64,000 nt of DNA from an uncultured bacterium (GCA_938004065.1 CALKWM010000041.1:26889-90888); one strand, 5' to 3'. Shown: positions 49,576-60,732, counted from the stretch's first letter. Notes: a model not told the origin generated them from the sequence alone. A program made the numbers and translations.

Positions 49576-50388
49576 TTATTTTGCGATAACCAATTCAATA
49601 TTTTCCCGAATATTTTTCAAAAAATTTTTGAAATTACTCGGATTAAATTTGAAAACAATTAACGGTTCGTCAGTGTTTTTATTTATATTCCTGCACAAAA
49701 ATATTTTTTTATCTATAGATATTTTTTGGTCATCCCAATCCATAATCAATACTTTCACTGAACCAGGGCAAATCTTTTCAATTTCATGATATATTTCCTT
49801 AGGATCTTCCAATTTTGATATATCCAATGATAAATATAAATCTACCGAAGATGATAAAAGTTTTCTGACTCTACAAAATTGACATAAAAATTTTTCTACA
49901 TCATCATTTGGAATATCAACTGTCGCTATATAACGACCGATATTTTTGAAATTATCCATCAAACTAATATAAAACCAAAAATTTTCAAATCTGATTATCT
50001 TGAGTTTGTTAAGATTGTACTTTTTGTCCCTTCTACAATAATTCCAAACTAATATCTCCTGCTTAATTTCAGGTAATAATTGATCTAAAGCAACATTTAT
50101 CGCAGAACATGACTTTTTTGAAATATCTTTTTTGGAGGTCATTATATCCGGTATAAACATACCAAATATACCTATTTTGTGTTTTCTGGCAATATTTTTA
50201 ACATTCAACCTCTTAGTGCCATTTACAAACATTCCTATGGAGATATCTAGATCTGAAATATTTTCAAGTACTTTCAAATAATTATTTACTATTATACTAG
50301 TCGGAAATACCTTTCTTAATTTATTTTTTATAAAAACTTTGCTATCCAGTGTGAGCAAACTACTGGAATCGATAGCAAAATACATCAT
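49576..50388 (-). CDS. Degenerate TIM-barrel protein (paralog 1)
   Basis: AGGAGGTG SD then ATG 50388; FIPDI, LYLSLDISKL, LIVFKFNP align with paralogs but His/Glu ligands are missing. Confidence 0.55.
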   Translation of the reverse strand: MMYFAIDSSSLLTLDSKVFIKNKLRKVFPTSIIVNNYLKVLENISDLDISIGMFVNGTKRLNVKNIARKHKIGIFGMFIPDIMTSKKDISKKSCSAINVALDQLLPEIKQEILVWNYCRRDKKYNLNKLKIIRFENFWFYISLMDNFKNIGRYIATVDIPNDDVEKFLCQFCRVRKLLSSSVDLYLSLDISKLEDPKEIYHEIEKICPGSVKVLIMDWDDQKISIDKKIFLCRNINKNTDEPLIVFKFNPSNFKNFLKNIRENIELVIAK

Positions 50389-50750
50389 TTTTTTCACCTC
50401 CTTTTTAAGATTCATATTTCTAAAGCCATTATATCAATTTTTTTTCTTTTTTCTCTTATCTTCTTGTTTAAATCAGAGTAGGGAAGTACCAAATTTACAA
50501 GTTTGTAAATATCGTCTATGTCATATATATTATTAGAAAAAGATTTACATAATGCGTTATATTTTATTTTATTATTTTATAGAGAAATAAAGCTGATTAA
50601 TTTTGTGCGACATAAGATTTTAAATTACATTTGCTTAGTCGAATAATCGAGGATCAATTATTCGCAGTAAAAATATTATTATCAAACATTAATTTATCTA
50701 TAAATATCACACAATCACAAACACGACAAAAGTTTCACCTTATATTAATA

Positions 50751-50778
50751 TAGTCGCACAAGATACATTGTACGACTA
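50751..50778. other. 11-6-11 palindrome resembling a tyrosine-recombinase (Xer/dif) site
   Basis: TAGTCGCACAA-GATACA-TTGTACGACTA; extra half-site TTGTGCGACAT at 50603-50613. Confidence 0.45.
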
Positions 50779-50823
50779 TTTATTTTACTTATTTTCCCAC
50801 TCCTCTATTGATCTCCAATTCCT

Positions 50824-53802
50824 CTAAACCTCATCACCATCTATGTCTTCAAATACCTCACCGTCCGTACCGATAACTATCTCACCCATATTGGAAAACT
50901 TTGAGTTTTTACTATTTTGGATACTCTTGGTATCACCCACACCTTTATTGCTCGCCTTGAGTGTTTTATTGACATTTTTAACATCATTTTGCATATCTTT
51001 ACTCTGCTTCAATTTCGCTAATTTTGCCTTGACATAATCTGCTTTTTGAATAGATTGTTCGTCTTTAATCACTTTTGGCATTACATCAACTTTCTTCTTT
51101 TTGGGTGGTTTTATGTAAACTTTTTTTTCAACGGTTTTATTATTAAATTTTTGAGAATCCTTAACAACATTGCTAACTGCTTTTTTCACATCTACATTTT
51201 CATTTTCGCTTTTGATAACATTTGTATCAGACTTCTTTTGCTGAAACTTTTTCAATTTTTCAATCAAACTACTCTGCTTTTTTATCTGTTCTTCGTTCAT
51301 TACTTCCGGTTTAGTGTTTTCAACTGGAAATCGTCCCCTACCCCCTCGGCGATTGCCTTTTTGTTGCTTTTCTATCATTTCTCCTTCGACTTTTCGTTTA
51401 TCCAACGATTCCGCCCATTCATTTAGTTTTTTTTCAACAAAACTCCTCTGTGTACCATATCTTTCTCTGGAAACACGTTGAATTTTTTCTTTGTTTCCCG
51501 TCTTTTTTTCGGGCAAATCCAAAGTGGTGGCACTAAATGGCGCTGAAGAAATACCGTCAATAGTCATCCGTAAATAGATCTGAAATCTTTCCAAATTTAC
51601 CAAATCCTCATTGGTAAAAGTCGGCGCAAACTCTTTGGCCAGGTGATCAGCATCGTTAGCTCCCACACGAAATGATACGAGTGTACCTACGTTACCAAAA
51701 ATTGCTTCTCGCACACTATCCTCCATCTGAGCAATATATTGATTGGCTACATGAAGGTTCAGATTGTATTTTCTCGCTTCGGACAAAATAGCCGCAAAAC
51801 TCTCGGTAGCAAAGTTTTGAAATTCATCAACGTACAAATTGAAAGGTACACGTTCACTCTTGGGAATATCTTGACGACTCATAGCCGCCAACTGAATCTT
51901 GGTCACCATCGTGGCACCCAACAAAGCTGAATTATCTTCACCCACAATACCTTTTGATACTTTTACCAAAAATATTTTACTCTCATCCATTATTTGTCTG
52001 ATATTCATGGAACTCGTTGGCTGTCCAATCATATTGCGAATAGTTGCACTGGCCAGAAATTGACCAACTTTATTTTGGATAGGCATCACCGCTTCCTGCC
52101 TGATTTTATCGGGGTATCCTTCAAATTCAGTCATCCAGAAATCCCTGACAACCGGATCTTTCACTTTTTTCAAAACCTCTTCACGATAAAATTTATCTGT
52201 TAACAATCGGGGCACACCCAAAAAAGTACTACCCGGATAATCCAGAAGTGCCAAAAACGTGTATCGTAATATATGCTCCAATCGAGGCCCCCATGAATCA
52301 GCAAAAAGTTTTTTGAAAATCCCAACCAATCCCGAAGTTACAATCGGTTTGTAATCATCTTCAACTTGTTCCAACAAATTGAACGCCATTGGGTTTTCTT
52401 TGTCTCCCGGATCAAACAATATCACGTCATTTACTCGACTTTTCGGAACGTACTCTAAAATAGTATCAACAAAATCTCCATGCGGATCAACCACTGCCAC
52501 TCCCCGACCTTTGTAAATGTCATCGATAACCATGTTTTGCAACAAAGATGTTTTACCCATACCGGTCTTACCAACTATATATGTGTGATAAGATCTGTCT
52601 CCTATCTTTAAACCAAATTTATTCTCCAAACCCCTAAAATTTGTTTGCCCAAAGATAGTTAAATCTTCCTTGGGGGTATTCATCAATGTTGGTAAATTAC
52701 TTGGCGGTTCAGCCGTTTTGGCAGTTGACCAAACTATAGCCGGTGTTTCTACCGATATACTTGGCAAATGATACAAACTAGCCAATTCTTTTACGTTTAA
52801 AACATACCCCCTGCCCCAGAAACTTCTCTTGATATAGGCATTGATATCTGATTTTTGATTTATATTTACCGTTTTACAATAAAAACCGTTGATATTGCTG
52901 GCATTATATTGTTTAAAAGTACTGACAATGGAATTCATTTTGCTTTTAGCATCATTAGTATCATCAGCAAAGCAAATTACTCTGATTTTTGTCTCATAGC
53001 CCAATTTGGTAGTCTTTTCACCGATCGCTTTGATTGCCTCCTCCTCTTGCACGGTTAAAACCTTTTTTGTTCCGGCCGCTTCTTCCGTTTTAGCACCCGA
53101 AGTCAATAAATGTGTAATTATTATCGACAGAAAATGCCAAAAAGAGCCAAATATTCCCATAGAATGGTATTCGCCTCTGATTTTTTGTACTTGTTGTTTA
53201 GATTTCTCCATCCACTTGTTATCCGTCGGACGTACCAAAATTTGCACCCAAATCTGATTATTCAAGTCACCCATTTTACTCAAAACCGCCGTCACACCGG
53301 CCAACGGATCAACTTCAAATGTATCAAAAGTTCTAATTGGAAATGCTTCACTTTTTTCCAATTCGATTTCACAACTACTAAAATTACGATTCAATCCATC
53401 GTATTCCTGGGTATAATCATCCACTCTTTCAATAAGTAAAGTTGGATATTGAGCATACATCTGACCTTCCAAAAACTCGATTATCTGTTCCGGAGCGGTT
53501 GCATAAAACTTGATATATTTACTGGAAGAGACAACTTCAAAACTGATATGTTCTTGCAAGCTACCCTCGACAAAACGATCCCACTTTTTACGATAGATAC
53601 CATGCAAACTGGCGAACATTTGTTCGGCCGAGAGAGCTGTCTTCTCGTTATTTTTCGGCACTTTCAACAACAACGTAACCATCTTCTGTTTCGAAAGCCA
53701 ATTACGATAACGCCGACTCTGCACAGCTAAAAATATCAGATAGATTACACCTACCCATACCGCCAAAAGCAGCAAAAATATCCCAAAATAATAGATAAAC
53801 AT
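50824..53802 (-). CDS. VirD4/TraD/HerA-like P-loop ATPase with N-terminal TM and Lys-rich tail
   Basis: HTYIVGKTGMGKT Walker A, VVDPHGD, FNLLE, WGPRLE, LYVDEFQNF, LSEARKY, ANQY, GNVGT. Confidence 0.88.
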   Translation of the reverse strand: MFIYYFGIFLLLLAVWVGVIYLIFLAVQSRRYRNWLSKQKMVTLLLKVPKNNEKTALSAEQMFASLHGIYRKKWDRFVEGSLQEHISFEVVSSSKYIKFYATAPEQIIEFLEGQMYAQYPTLLIERVDDYTQEYDGLNRNFSSCEIELEKSEAFPIRTFDTFEVDPLAGVTAVLSKMGDLNNQIWVQILVRPTDNKWMEKSKQQVQKIRGEYHSMGIFGSFWHFLSIIITHLLTSGAKTEEAAGTKKVLTVQEEEAIKAIGEKTTKLGYETKIRVICFADDTNDAKSKMNSIVSTFKQYNASNINGFYCKTVNINQKSDINAYIKRSFWGRGYVLNVKELASLYHLPSISVETPAIVWSTAKTAEPPSNLPTLMNTPKEDLTIFGQTNFRGLENKFGLKIGDRSYHTYIVGKTGMGKTSLLQNMVIDDIYKGRGVAVVDPHGDFVDTILEYVPKSRVNDVILFDPGDKENPMAFNLLEQVEDDYKPIVTSGLVGIFKKLFADSWGPRLEHILRYTFLALLDYPGSTFLGVPRLLTDKFYREEVLKKVKDPVVRDFWMTEFEGYPDKIRQEAVMPIQNKVGQFLASATIRNMIGQPTSSMNIRQIMDESKIFLVKVSKGIVGEDNSALLGATMVTKIQLAAMSRQDIPKSERVPFNLYVDEFQNFATESFAAILSEARKYNLNLHVANQYIAQMEDSVREAIFGNVGTLVSFRVGANDADHLAKEFAPTFTNEDLVNLERFQIYLRMTIDGISSAPFSATTLDLPEKKTGNKEKIQRVSRERYGTQRSFVEKKLNEWAESLDKRKVEGEMIEKQQKGNRRGGRGRFPVENTKPEVMNEEQIKKQSSLIEKLKKFQQKKSDTNVIKSENENVDVKKAVSNVVKDSQKFNNKTVEKKVYIKPPKKKKVDVMPKVIKDEQSIQKADYVKAKLAKLKQSKDMQNDVKNVNKTLKASNKGVGDTKSIQNSKNSKFSNMGEIVIGTDGEVFEDIDGDEV

Positions 53803-53841
53803 GATCTAAATAAATCCTTTTTTAAAAATTTTCTTTGTTAT

Positions 53842-54948
53842 TTATTTTTCTTTTATCCGATACATACCATCTGCGGTACGCTCAAAGTATTCTTTATTGT
53901 GTAAATTAATTACAATCGTATTTTTCTTCACCATTCTGGATTTAGCTACGGCATCGATTATTTCTTCTCTAGTTAACGGACCCTTTTTCTTCAAAACATC
54001 GACAATCACATCCACTACCGTACCGGGTTTGTAACCCCATTCTTTCAATGCGTATATACCCTTACCAATCAGAACATATCGATCATCTGCAATCAATTCA
54101 TTGTGAACCGCTTGGTGAGTAATTTTTTTCTGATGGATAAAATCCTCATTTTCAATACTTTCGGTTAATTCCAAAAAATGCATCGGTTTGCTATTTTTTT
54201 TCAAAATATAATAAATTTTATCACGAATATTTTTTGGGTTTATAAAAGTCCACTCATACAAACCATATTTATCGTTTTCAATAAGCATAACTGATTTAGA
54301 CAAATCCAACACTGATTCCAATAGATTTTTATCAACCCCATGTCTATCCACTACATAGTCATAAATATGATCAATATGTTTAACATCTTTTTCACTTTGC
54401 AAATATGCTTTCACGTCCTTCAGTAACTCCAACACTACTTTTTCCTCACAATCTTCCAAACACCAGGATGGGTTTTTGTGATCACATTCTTTCACATAAT
54501 ACAGCTCCGGATGGACTTCAAAAATCAATCTTAAAGCATTGGCATTGATTTCATCATATTTATTTTGCAAAAGTTTTTTTATCAAAGTCTCTTCAGACAT
54601 AATCCCACCGGCATTTTCCAATTCATGCACTACCATATAACTGATTGGTGAAAAATGTTTATAATTGACTTCCTTGGCCAATCTTTTTATAGCCGCTTTT
54701 TCAATCTGTCTAATCCTCTCCCGTGTTACACCATAACTATCACCTATTTCCTGCAAAGTTTTGATTTCACCATTGTTTAAACCAAATCTTTTTTTTAAAA
54801 CATGACGTTGTTTCCGTTTTAAACCCGAAAAAGCTTTACCAATAATCTTGTTCAAATCCGCCTCCGACATCTCTTCACGATACTGTGAAGCCATGATGCC
54901 ATCAATCATCTTTCCTCCATTTCGTTGATTATCATTGCTATTTTCCAT
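53842..54948 (-). CDS. Sigma70 region-4 HTH plus C-terminal winged-helix protein
   Basis: RFGL...TLQEIGDSYGVTRERIRQIE; KPMHF.ELT..I...AVHNELI.D.RYVLIGKGIYALKEWG. Confidence 0.8.
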   Translation of the reverse strand: MENSNDNQRNGGKMIDGIMASQYREEMSEADLNKIIGKAFSGLKRKQRHVLKKRFGLNNGEIKTLQEIGDSYGVTRERIRQIEKAAIKRLAKEVNYKHFSPISYMVVHELENAGGIMSEETLIKKLLQNKYDEINANALRLIFEVHPELYYVKECDHKNPSWCLEDCEEKVVLELLKDVKAYLQSEKDVKHIDHIYDYVVDRHGVDKNLLESVLDLSKSVMLIENDKYGLYEWTFINPKNIRDKIYYILKKNSKPMHFLELTESIENEDFIHQKKITHQAVHNELIADDRYVLIGKGIYALKEWGYKPGTVVDVIVDVLKKKGPLTREEIIDAVAKSRMVKKNTIVINLHNKEYFERTADGMYRIKEK

Positions 54949-55062
54949 TTTTACCTTCTTACCAACAAAAAATTAAATAAACGCCCGCATAAACACAATA
55001 TATAACTTTGTAATACCTAAAACTATAATATCATTATACTATCCATACATCAATAGTTTTTA

Positions 55063-55653
55063 TCATAATACTTTATCAACCAAACCATACTTTTTCGCTT
55101 CTTCCGGCACCATGAAAAAATCTCTATCCGTATCATGTTCTATCTTGTCAAATTTTTGTCCGGTGTGTTTTACCAATATCTCATTTAATCTCTTTTTCAT
55201 CCTCAGCATCTCCTTGGCCTGAATTTCTACATCGGAAGCTTGACCTTCCACCCCGCCCATAATCTGATGAATCATTACTCTGGAATTTGGCAAAGCGAAT
55301 CTTTTACCTTTTTGCCCGGCTGTTAGCAATACCGCTCCCATAGACGCCGCTTGACCGATACATATTGTTACCACATCCGGTTTTACGTGTTGCATAGTAT
55401 CATAAATCGCCAATCCGGCAGTAACTGATCCTCCGGGTGAATTGATATAGAACATAATGTCTTTTTTACTATCATCACTCTGCAAAAACAATAATTGAGC
55501 TACAATCAAATTTGCCACATCGTCATTGATCGGTGAACCCAAAAAAATAATCCTTTCTTTAAGTAATCTGGAATAAATATCAAAAGCTCGTTCACCAAAA
55601 CTCGATTTTTCCACCACCATTGGTACCAATTGTTCAATCAAATCTTTCTTCAT
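55063..55653 (-). CDS. clpP: ATP-dependent Clp protease proteolytic subunit
   Basis: [34 protein letters not shown]. Confidence 0.98.
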   Translation of the reverse strand: MKKDLIEQLVPMVVEKSSFGERAFDIYSRLLKERIIFLGSPINDDVANLIVAQLLFLQSDDSKKDIMFYINSPGGSVTAGLAIYDTMQHVKPDVVTICIGQAASMGAVLLTAGQKGKRFALPNSRVMIHQIMGGVEGQASDVEIQAKEMLRMKKRLNEILVKHTGQKFDKIEHDTDRDFFMVPEEAKKYGLVDKVL

Positions 55654-55666
55654 AAAAAAATCCTTT

Positions 55667-57028
55667 TTATTTAGACATTTTACCGATTAATAATTCAAAC
55701 AATTTATCAATCATTAACTGCTGTTCAAAATAGTTTCTTCGATCTTTGGAGTTATACTCTTTCTCATAATCTTTTAAGATTTCCCTCCAGTTTTGTCGAT
55801 GGTTATATTTTAAACTTTCGGCGACTTTATCCAATTCTCGTTTAATATAATCACTTATTTCATCTTTGTCAACAGTTATTTTAAACTCCTTTACCATTTC
55901 ACCAACAATCAAAGCTATTTTCGCTCTTTTATCCGCTTGCTCTTTCCAACCTTCTTTCACCTTTGTTTCGTCCAAACCTTCTTTTTGCATATAATCAGTT
56001 GGTTCAATTCCTCTCTTTTTCAAGTTATCCTCAAATTCATGCCACATCATATGCAATTCCCTCTCCTGCAAACTTAACGGTATCTCCGCCGCAACATTTT
56101 TTTCAATTTCGCTGATAATATCATTTTTCAATTTTTCTGCAGAAGTTATATCTTTCTCCTTTTGTAAACTTTCCTGCAAATATTTTTTAAAAGATTCTAC
56201 CCCTTCCACACCCTCAATCGATAATGTTTTGACAAATTCATCATCCAAAACAGGGGGAACGAGTTTTTTGATCTCATTGACCTTAACATTAAACTTCACT
56301 TTTTTACCGGCCATTCTTTTATCTCGAAAACCATCATCAATATCCAAGTCAAATTCTTTTTCACTACCCTTTTGCAATCCTATCAAATTATCTTCAAAAC
56401 CGGGTATCATTGTATTGTTTCCCACAACCAACGGAAAATTTTTACTGCCCAACTCCGGCTCAATTTTATCATCGATCAAAATATCAAAATCCACATCCAC
56501 CCAATCACCTTTTTCAGATTTATGTTTTTCATCGTGTAATTCCAATTTGGATCTTTTTTTCAAAATATCATCGATAGTCGCTAACAATTCCTTTTCAGTT
56601 ACGGTCGAATCTTCCTTTTTAACTTTTAATTTATCAATATCCGGCAACACAATTTCCGGATAAATATCTACCTCTACATTGATCGTAAAACCTTTCTCGA
56701 AAACATCTCGGTCAACTTGCGATGCAAATTCAATCTTTGGAGTACCGATAGTTAAAAATTCTTCCTTTTTTTCCATTACGAAATCGTAATACGCATTTTT
56801 GACTGCAATATCTACTGTTTCCAATAACAGTTTCTCTTTATCAACATTTTTTTCGATCACACTAATCGGCGCCTTACCTTTACGAAAACCACCAACCTCA
56901 ATCTTTTCACCAATTTCCGCCAAAGCCAATTTTTTAGATTTTTCCATCTGTACGGCATCAACACTAACAGAAAACTTAACTCTTGAGCCCGAAATTTTTT
57001 CGATTTTTTCCTGTTTAGAATTAGTCAC
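55667..57028 (-). CDS. tig: Trigger factor
   Basis: GFRKGKAP signature, MIPGFED FKBP domain; upstream of clpP. Confidence 0.93.
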   Translation of the reverse strand: MTNSKQEKIEKISGSRVKFSVSVDAVQMEKSKKLALAEIGEKIEVGGFRKGKAPISVIEKNVDKEKLLLETVDIAVKNAYYDFVMEKKEEFLTIGTPKIEFASQVDRDVFEKGFTINVEVDIYPEIVLPDIDKLKVKKEDSTVTEKELLATIDDILKKRSKLELHDEKHKSEKGDWVDVDFDILIDDKIEPELGSKNFPLVVGNNTMIPGFEDNLIGLQKGSEKEFDLDIDDGFRDKRMAGKKVKFNVKVNEIKKLVPPVLDDEFVKTLSIEGVEGVESFKKYLQESLQKEKDITSAEKLKNDIISEIEKNVAAEIPLSLQERELHMMWHEFEDNLKKRGIEPTDYMQKEGLDETKVKEGWKEQADKRAKIALIVGEMVKEFKITVDKDEISDYIKRELDKVAESLKYNHRQNWREILKDYEKEYNSKDRRNYFEQQLMIDKLFELLIGKMSK

Positions 57029-57111
57029 GATTTATTCTCCAATCATTATAATTATACAATACCACCAAATATATATTTGGTCAATCTAGCTAAATTTTTA
57101 ATTTTATTGTC

Positions 57112-58326
57112 CTAAATTTTTAGTACATCCAAACCGGGCAAACTGCCAAATGCAATGTATTCCATCATCGCGCCCCCACTGGTCGAAACGTATTTAAATT
57201 TATCTTCCAATTCATACTTTTTTACAAACGACACCGTATCTCCTCCACCAACCATCGTTATCGCTTTTGATTCAACCATGGATTTTGCCATCAGTTCCGT
57301 CATCTTAGCAAAATTATCCAATTCCACATAACCAAACGGCCCATTCCAAAATATCGATCCGGTCTTAGCAATTATTGACCGATATTTTTCCAAACTCTTT
57401 TCACCCACATCGTACACCGCTTCCGAAGACTCACAAATGCTAAATGGTTTTATCTTTCCCGACAATACCTGATTGATATCAATATTTATCACACTTTTTA
57501 TCTCTTGTTTGTTGATATCCGCCACGATCAAATCCTCGGGATAAACAACATTGATCTTTAATTTATCCAAAAACTCCAAAAAACTATCTACTGCCTGATT
57601 GCTATCTTCAGAAACCACGCTATCGCCGATCTCAAATCCATATCTCTTTAAAAAAGCTACGGCCACACTCGAACCAAATACTACACCATCAAGTTTGGTT
57701 GAAAGCGCTTTAATCACCGGAATTTTGTCAGACAATTTGACGCCACCGAAAAACCCCCAAAAAGGTTTGCGGATATTTCCTAAAAAATCATCAATTTTTT
57801 GTTTTTCCTTTATCAAACCAATCCCACCGTAACTGGGCAAAATTTGAGCAACTTTGGTTACACTGGCATGTTCCCTGTGCGCCACCGAAAAACCATCCAA
57901 AACGAACATGTCGGCCAACTTGGATAACTTGATAGCTAGCTTTTCTTCGCCCTTTTCCTCACCAAATTCAAATCGGATGTTTTCCAACAAAATTACTTTC
58001 CGATGGCAGGCGGTAATATCTTTTTTAGTCACTTCCGTTACCGGCTTGGATATATATTCAACATCTTCACCCAAATACCGATCCAGTTCTTCCGCCACGA
58101 TCTTCATCTTTAAATCTTCCACCACCACACCCCCCGGACGACCGATATGCGAAACGATTACCACTTTCTTGGCACCTTTTTCCAGAATATATTTTGAATT
58201 TTCAATACTATCCAAAATTCTCGTGTTATCAGCAATTTTTCCAAACTCAATCGGCACATTATAATCCGTTCTCACCAATACAACCTTGTCTTTAACATCC
58301 GCTTCGGCAACTGACTTAATTTGCAT
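57112..58326 (-). CDS. pgk: Phosphoglycerate kinase
   Basis: VRTDYNVP, SHIGRP, LENIRF, AHREHAS, WNGPFG, GGGDT, STSGGA. Confidence 0.95.
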   Translation of the reverse strand: MQIKSVAEADVKDKVVLVRTDYNVPIEFGKIADNTRILDSIENSKYILEKGAKKVVIVSHIGRPGGVVVEDLKMKIVAEELDRYLGEDVEYISKPVTEVTKKDITACHRKVILLENIRFEFGEEKGEEKLAIKLSKLADMFVLDGFSVAHREHASVTKVAQILPSYGGIGLIKEKQKIDDFLGNIRKPFWGFFGGVKLSDKIPVIKALSTKLDGVVFGSSVAVAFLKRYGFEIGDSVVSEDSNQAVDSFLEFLDKLKINVVYPEDLIVADINKQEIKSVINIDINQVLSGKIKPFSICESSEAVYDVGEKSLEKYRSIIAKTGSIFWNGPFGYVELDNFAKMTELMAKSMVESKAITMVGGGDTVSFVKKYELEDKFKYVSTSGGAMMEYIAFGSLPGLDVLKI

Positions 58327-59338
58327 ATTTATCCTCCATTGATTTCACCAACTCAAATAACCGGTTGCTATAACCCCACTCATTGTCATACCACGCAATC
58401 AATTTCAACATGTTTCCATCAACAACTTTGGTCAAATCCAAATTTACTATCGCCGAATGTTCATTACCGATAATATCTTTTGAAACCAATGGTTCATAAG
58501 TTACTTCAATCAATCCCTTATAATCTCCAGCTGCCGCTTTCTCTAAAACTTGATTTACTTCTTCTTCGGTAACGTTTTTTTTGAGTAGAAAAGTAAAATC
58601 AGACAAAGAGCCACAAATTACCGGTACCCTGATCGCCATCCCATCAAATTTACCCTCCAGACTTGGAATAGTTTTGGTGGTGGCGATAGCCGCCCCCGTC
58701 GTTGTCGGCACGATATTCGCTCCCGCCGCTCTGCCTCGCCTTTTGTCTTTGTGCGGTGCATCCACCAATTTTTGATCGGCAGTATAGGCATGTATGGTTG
58801 TCATCATGGCTTTTTCAATTCCGAAATTATCATCCACCACTTTGGCTACCGGTGAAATACAATTTGTCGTACAACTGGCATTGGATATAATATCTTGATC
58901 TTTTAAATCCTTCTCATTTACACCAATTACAAATGTTTCCACATCATCAGACTTGGCCGGAGCTGAGATAACCACTCTTTTCGCTCCCGCAGTCAAATGA
59001 GCGCTGGCCTTTGTTCGATCGGTAAAAAAACCGGTTGACTCGACTACCACATCCACACCTAGATCTTTCCAAGGTAAAACAGCTGGATCTTTTTGTGACA
59101 AAACACCGATTTTATGACCATCAATTAGTAAAAAGCCCTGATATACATCATCTCCTGATTCAAATCCAATCTCTCCATCAAATTTTTCATAAACACTATC
59201 ATATTTAAACAAATGCGCCAACGTTTCCACATCGGTTAAATCATTTACCGCTACGATATGGTGATGCCAATCGTTTTTGACTGCCGCCCGCATCACCTGC
59301 CGGCCTATTCGCCCGAATCCATTGATTGCTACTTTCAT
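58316..59338 (-). CDS. gap: Type I glyceraldehyde-3-phosphate dehydrogenase
   Basis: AINGFGRIGR, SNASCTTNC, TTGAA, WYDNEWGYS. Confidence 0.98.
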   Translation of the reverse strand: MKVAINGFGRIGRQVMRAAVKNDWHHHIVAVNDLTDVETLAHLFKYDSVYEKFDGEIGFESGDDVYQGFLLIDGHKIGVLSQKDPAVLPWKDLGVDVVVESTGFFTDRTKASAHLTAGAKRVVISAPAKSDDVETFVIGVNEKDLKDQDIISNASCTTNCISPVAKVVDDNFGIEKAMMTTIHAYTADQKLVDAPHKDKRRGRAAGANIVPTTTGAAIATTKTIPSLEGKFDGMAIRVPVICGSLSDFTFLLKKNVTEEEVNQVLEKAAAGDYKGLIEVTYEPLVSKDIIGNEHSAIVNLDLTKVVDGNMLKLIAWYDNEWGYSNRLFELVKSMEDKYAN

Positions 59339-59399
59339 ATATCTCTCCTTTAAGTTAGTTATACAAATAAATACAAAATAACTTACACTACCAGAGCTT

Positions 59400-59578
59400 T
59401 AAAAATGCTAAATTGTTAAATTGATATATTGTTATTTTTCAACAATTTGACCATTTAACAATTCTTTATTCTTAAGTCTTTATTCTTGCGTCTTAACTTA
59501 AACCATTTAGCAATTTGACCATATTCATTTATTTTTTGCATTCCATTATTTGTAATTTAAAATTTGGTATTTCAATAT
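59400..59578. repeat. Octamer/heptamer low-complexity repeats, partly inverted
   Basis: aattgtta / ttaacaat / ttgaccat / ttagcaat units; same family at about 19750-19790. Confidence 0.55.
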
Positions 59579-60372
59579 TACTTTCTATTTTTACTATCAT
59601 TATAAGTATCAAATGCTTTCAAAATTTCCAATGGAACAGCAAACACTACCGTATTTGACTCATCACTTGATATATCATTTATAGTAGCTAATGTCCTAAG
59701 ATGTAACGCTCCTGGTGCTGATGACAATTTATTAGCTGCTTCTACTAGATTATCAGCTGCCTGTAATTCTCCTTCAGCTTTGATAATAGTTGAACGCTTT
59801 TCACGTTCTGATTCTGCCTGTTTGGCAATTGTTCTGACCATATTTTCCGGTAATATTACATCTTTTAATGCTACTGTTTCTACTTCGATTCCCCAGGTAT
59901 CCGTAGTTTTCTCAACTATATCTTTAATTTTTTGTGAAATTTGTTCTCTCTTGGATAACAATTCATCCATTTCTACTTCACCCACGATATTTCTCATCGT
60001 CACTTGAGCCAGTTGAAATATGGCATAATTATAATTTTCTACATCCAGTATAGCTTTGCTGGCATCAATAACTTTATAGTAAATAACCGCACTGATTCTA
60101 ACTGATATATTATCCTTGGTAATAGTCTCCTGTTCAGGTACTTCTACTACCTTCGTTCGCAAATCTACTTTCATCCACGTCTGAAAAATAGGTAATACCA
60201 ATCTCCAACCTGGATCCATCAGGCCACTATAACGTCCGAAAGAAAATTTAACCCCCTTTTCATATTGATTTACCTGTTTGATCGATGACAAAATAATAAA
60301 AAACAAAACTATACCGACCGGCGTAGCCAAACCCAACAAAGCAATTATTATATCCATTGTTACTTTCTCCAA
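59578..60372 (-). CDS. SPFH/band-7 (stomatin-like) membrane protein
   Basis: TM, YEKGVKF.FG, VDLRT, TKDN, WGIEV, QAESEREKR, ALHLRTL. Confidence 0.92.
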   Translation of the reverse strand: MEKVTMDIIIALLGLATPVGIVLFFIILSSIKQVNQYEKGVKFSFGRYSGLMDPGWRLVLPIFQTWMKVDLRTKVVEVPEQETITKDNISVRISAVIYYKVIDASKAILDVENYNYAIFQLAQVTMRNIVGEVEMDELLSKREQISQKIKDIVEKTTDTWGIEVETVALKDVILPENMVRTIAKQAESEREKRSTIIKAEGELQAADNLVEAANKLSSAPGALHLRTLATINDISSDESNTVVFAVPLEILKAFDTYNDSKNRK

Positions 60373-60537
60373 GATTAAAAAAATATCTTAAATTAATTAT
60401 AAAATAAGTTACACACTACGTAAATATGAAAAAGACAATATTCAATATACAATATACAATAAGCAAGAATTAAGAAAAATAATAAAAAACATCTATAATT
60501 CTTAATTTAAGTAGCGCTACATAAAAATTAGAAATAT

Positions 60538-60693
60538 ACGACTTGTGTGAAATCAATTCTTCTCCTGTCATCCTCGAATCGGAAGCGTTATCGCGATCCG
60601 ATAACTTGTCCGGCGAACCTGTCCGGCGAATGCCCGGATGCGGGATCGGGGATCCAGATATCTTATATTTGTTTTTTAATTCACACAACTCGT
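60538..60693. mobile_element. MITE copy 3 (variant TIR, same internal core)
   Basis: ACGACTTGTGTGAA / TTCACACAACTCGT (13/14); internal tgtcatcctcgaatcg...atcggggatcca; flanks aaatat/taatat. Confidence 0.65.
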
Positions 60694-60732
60694 TAATATG
60701 TGATACGAATCCCCAATCCCGCATACAAAACA

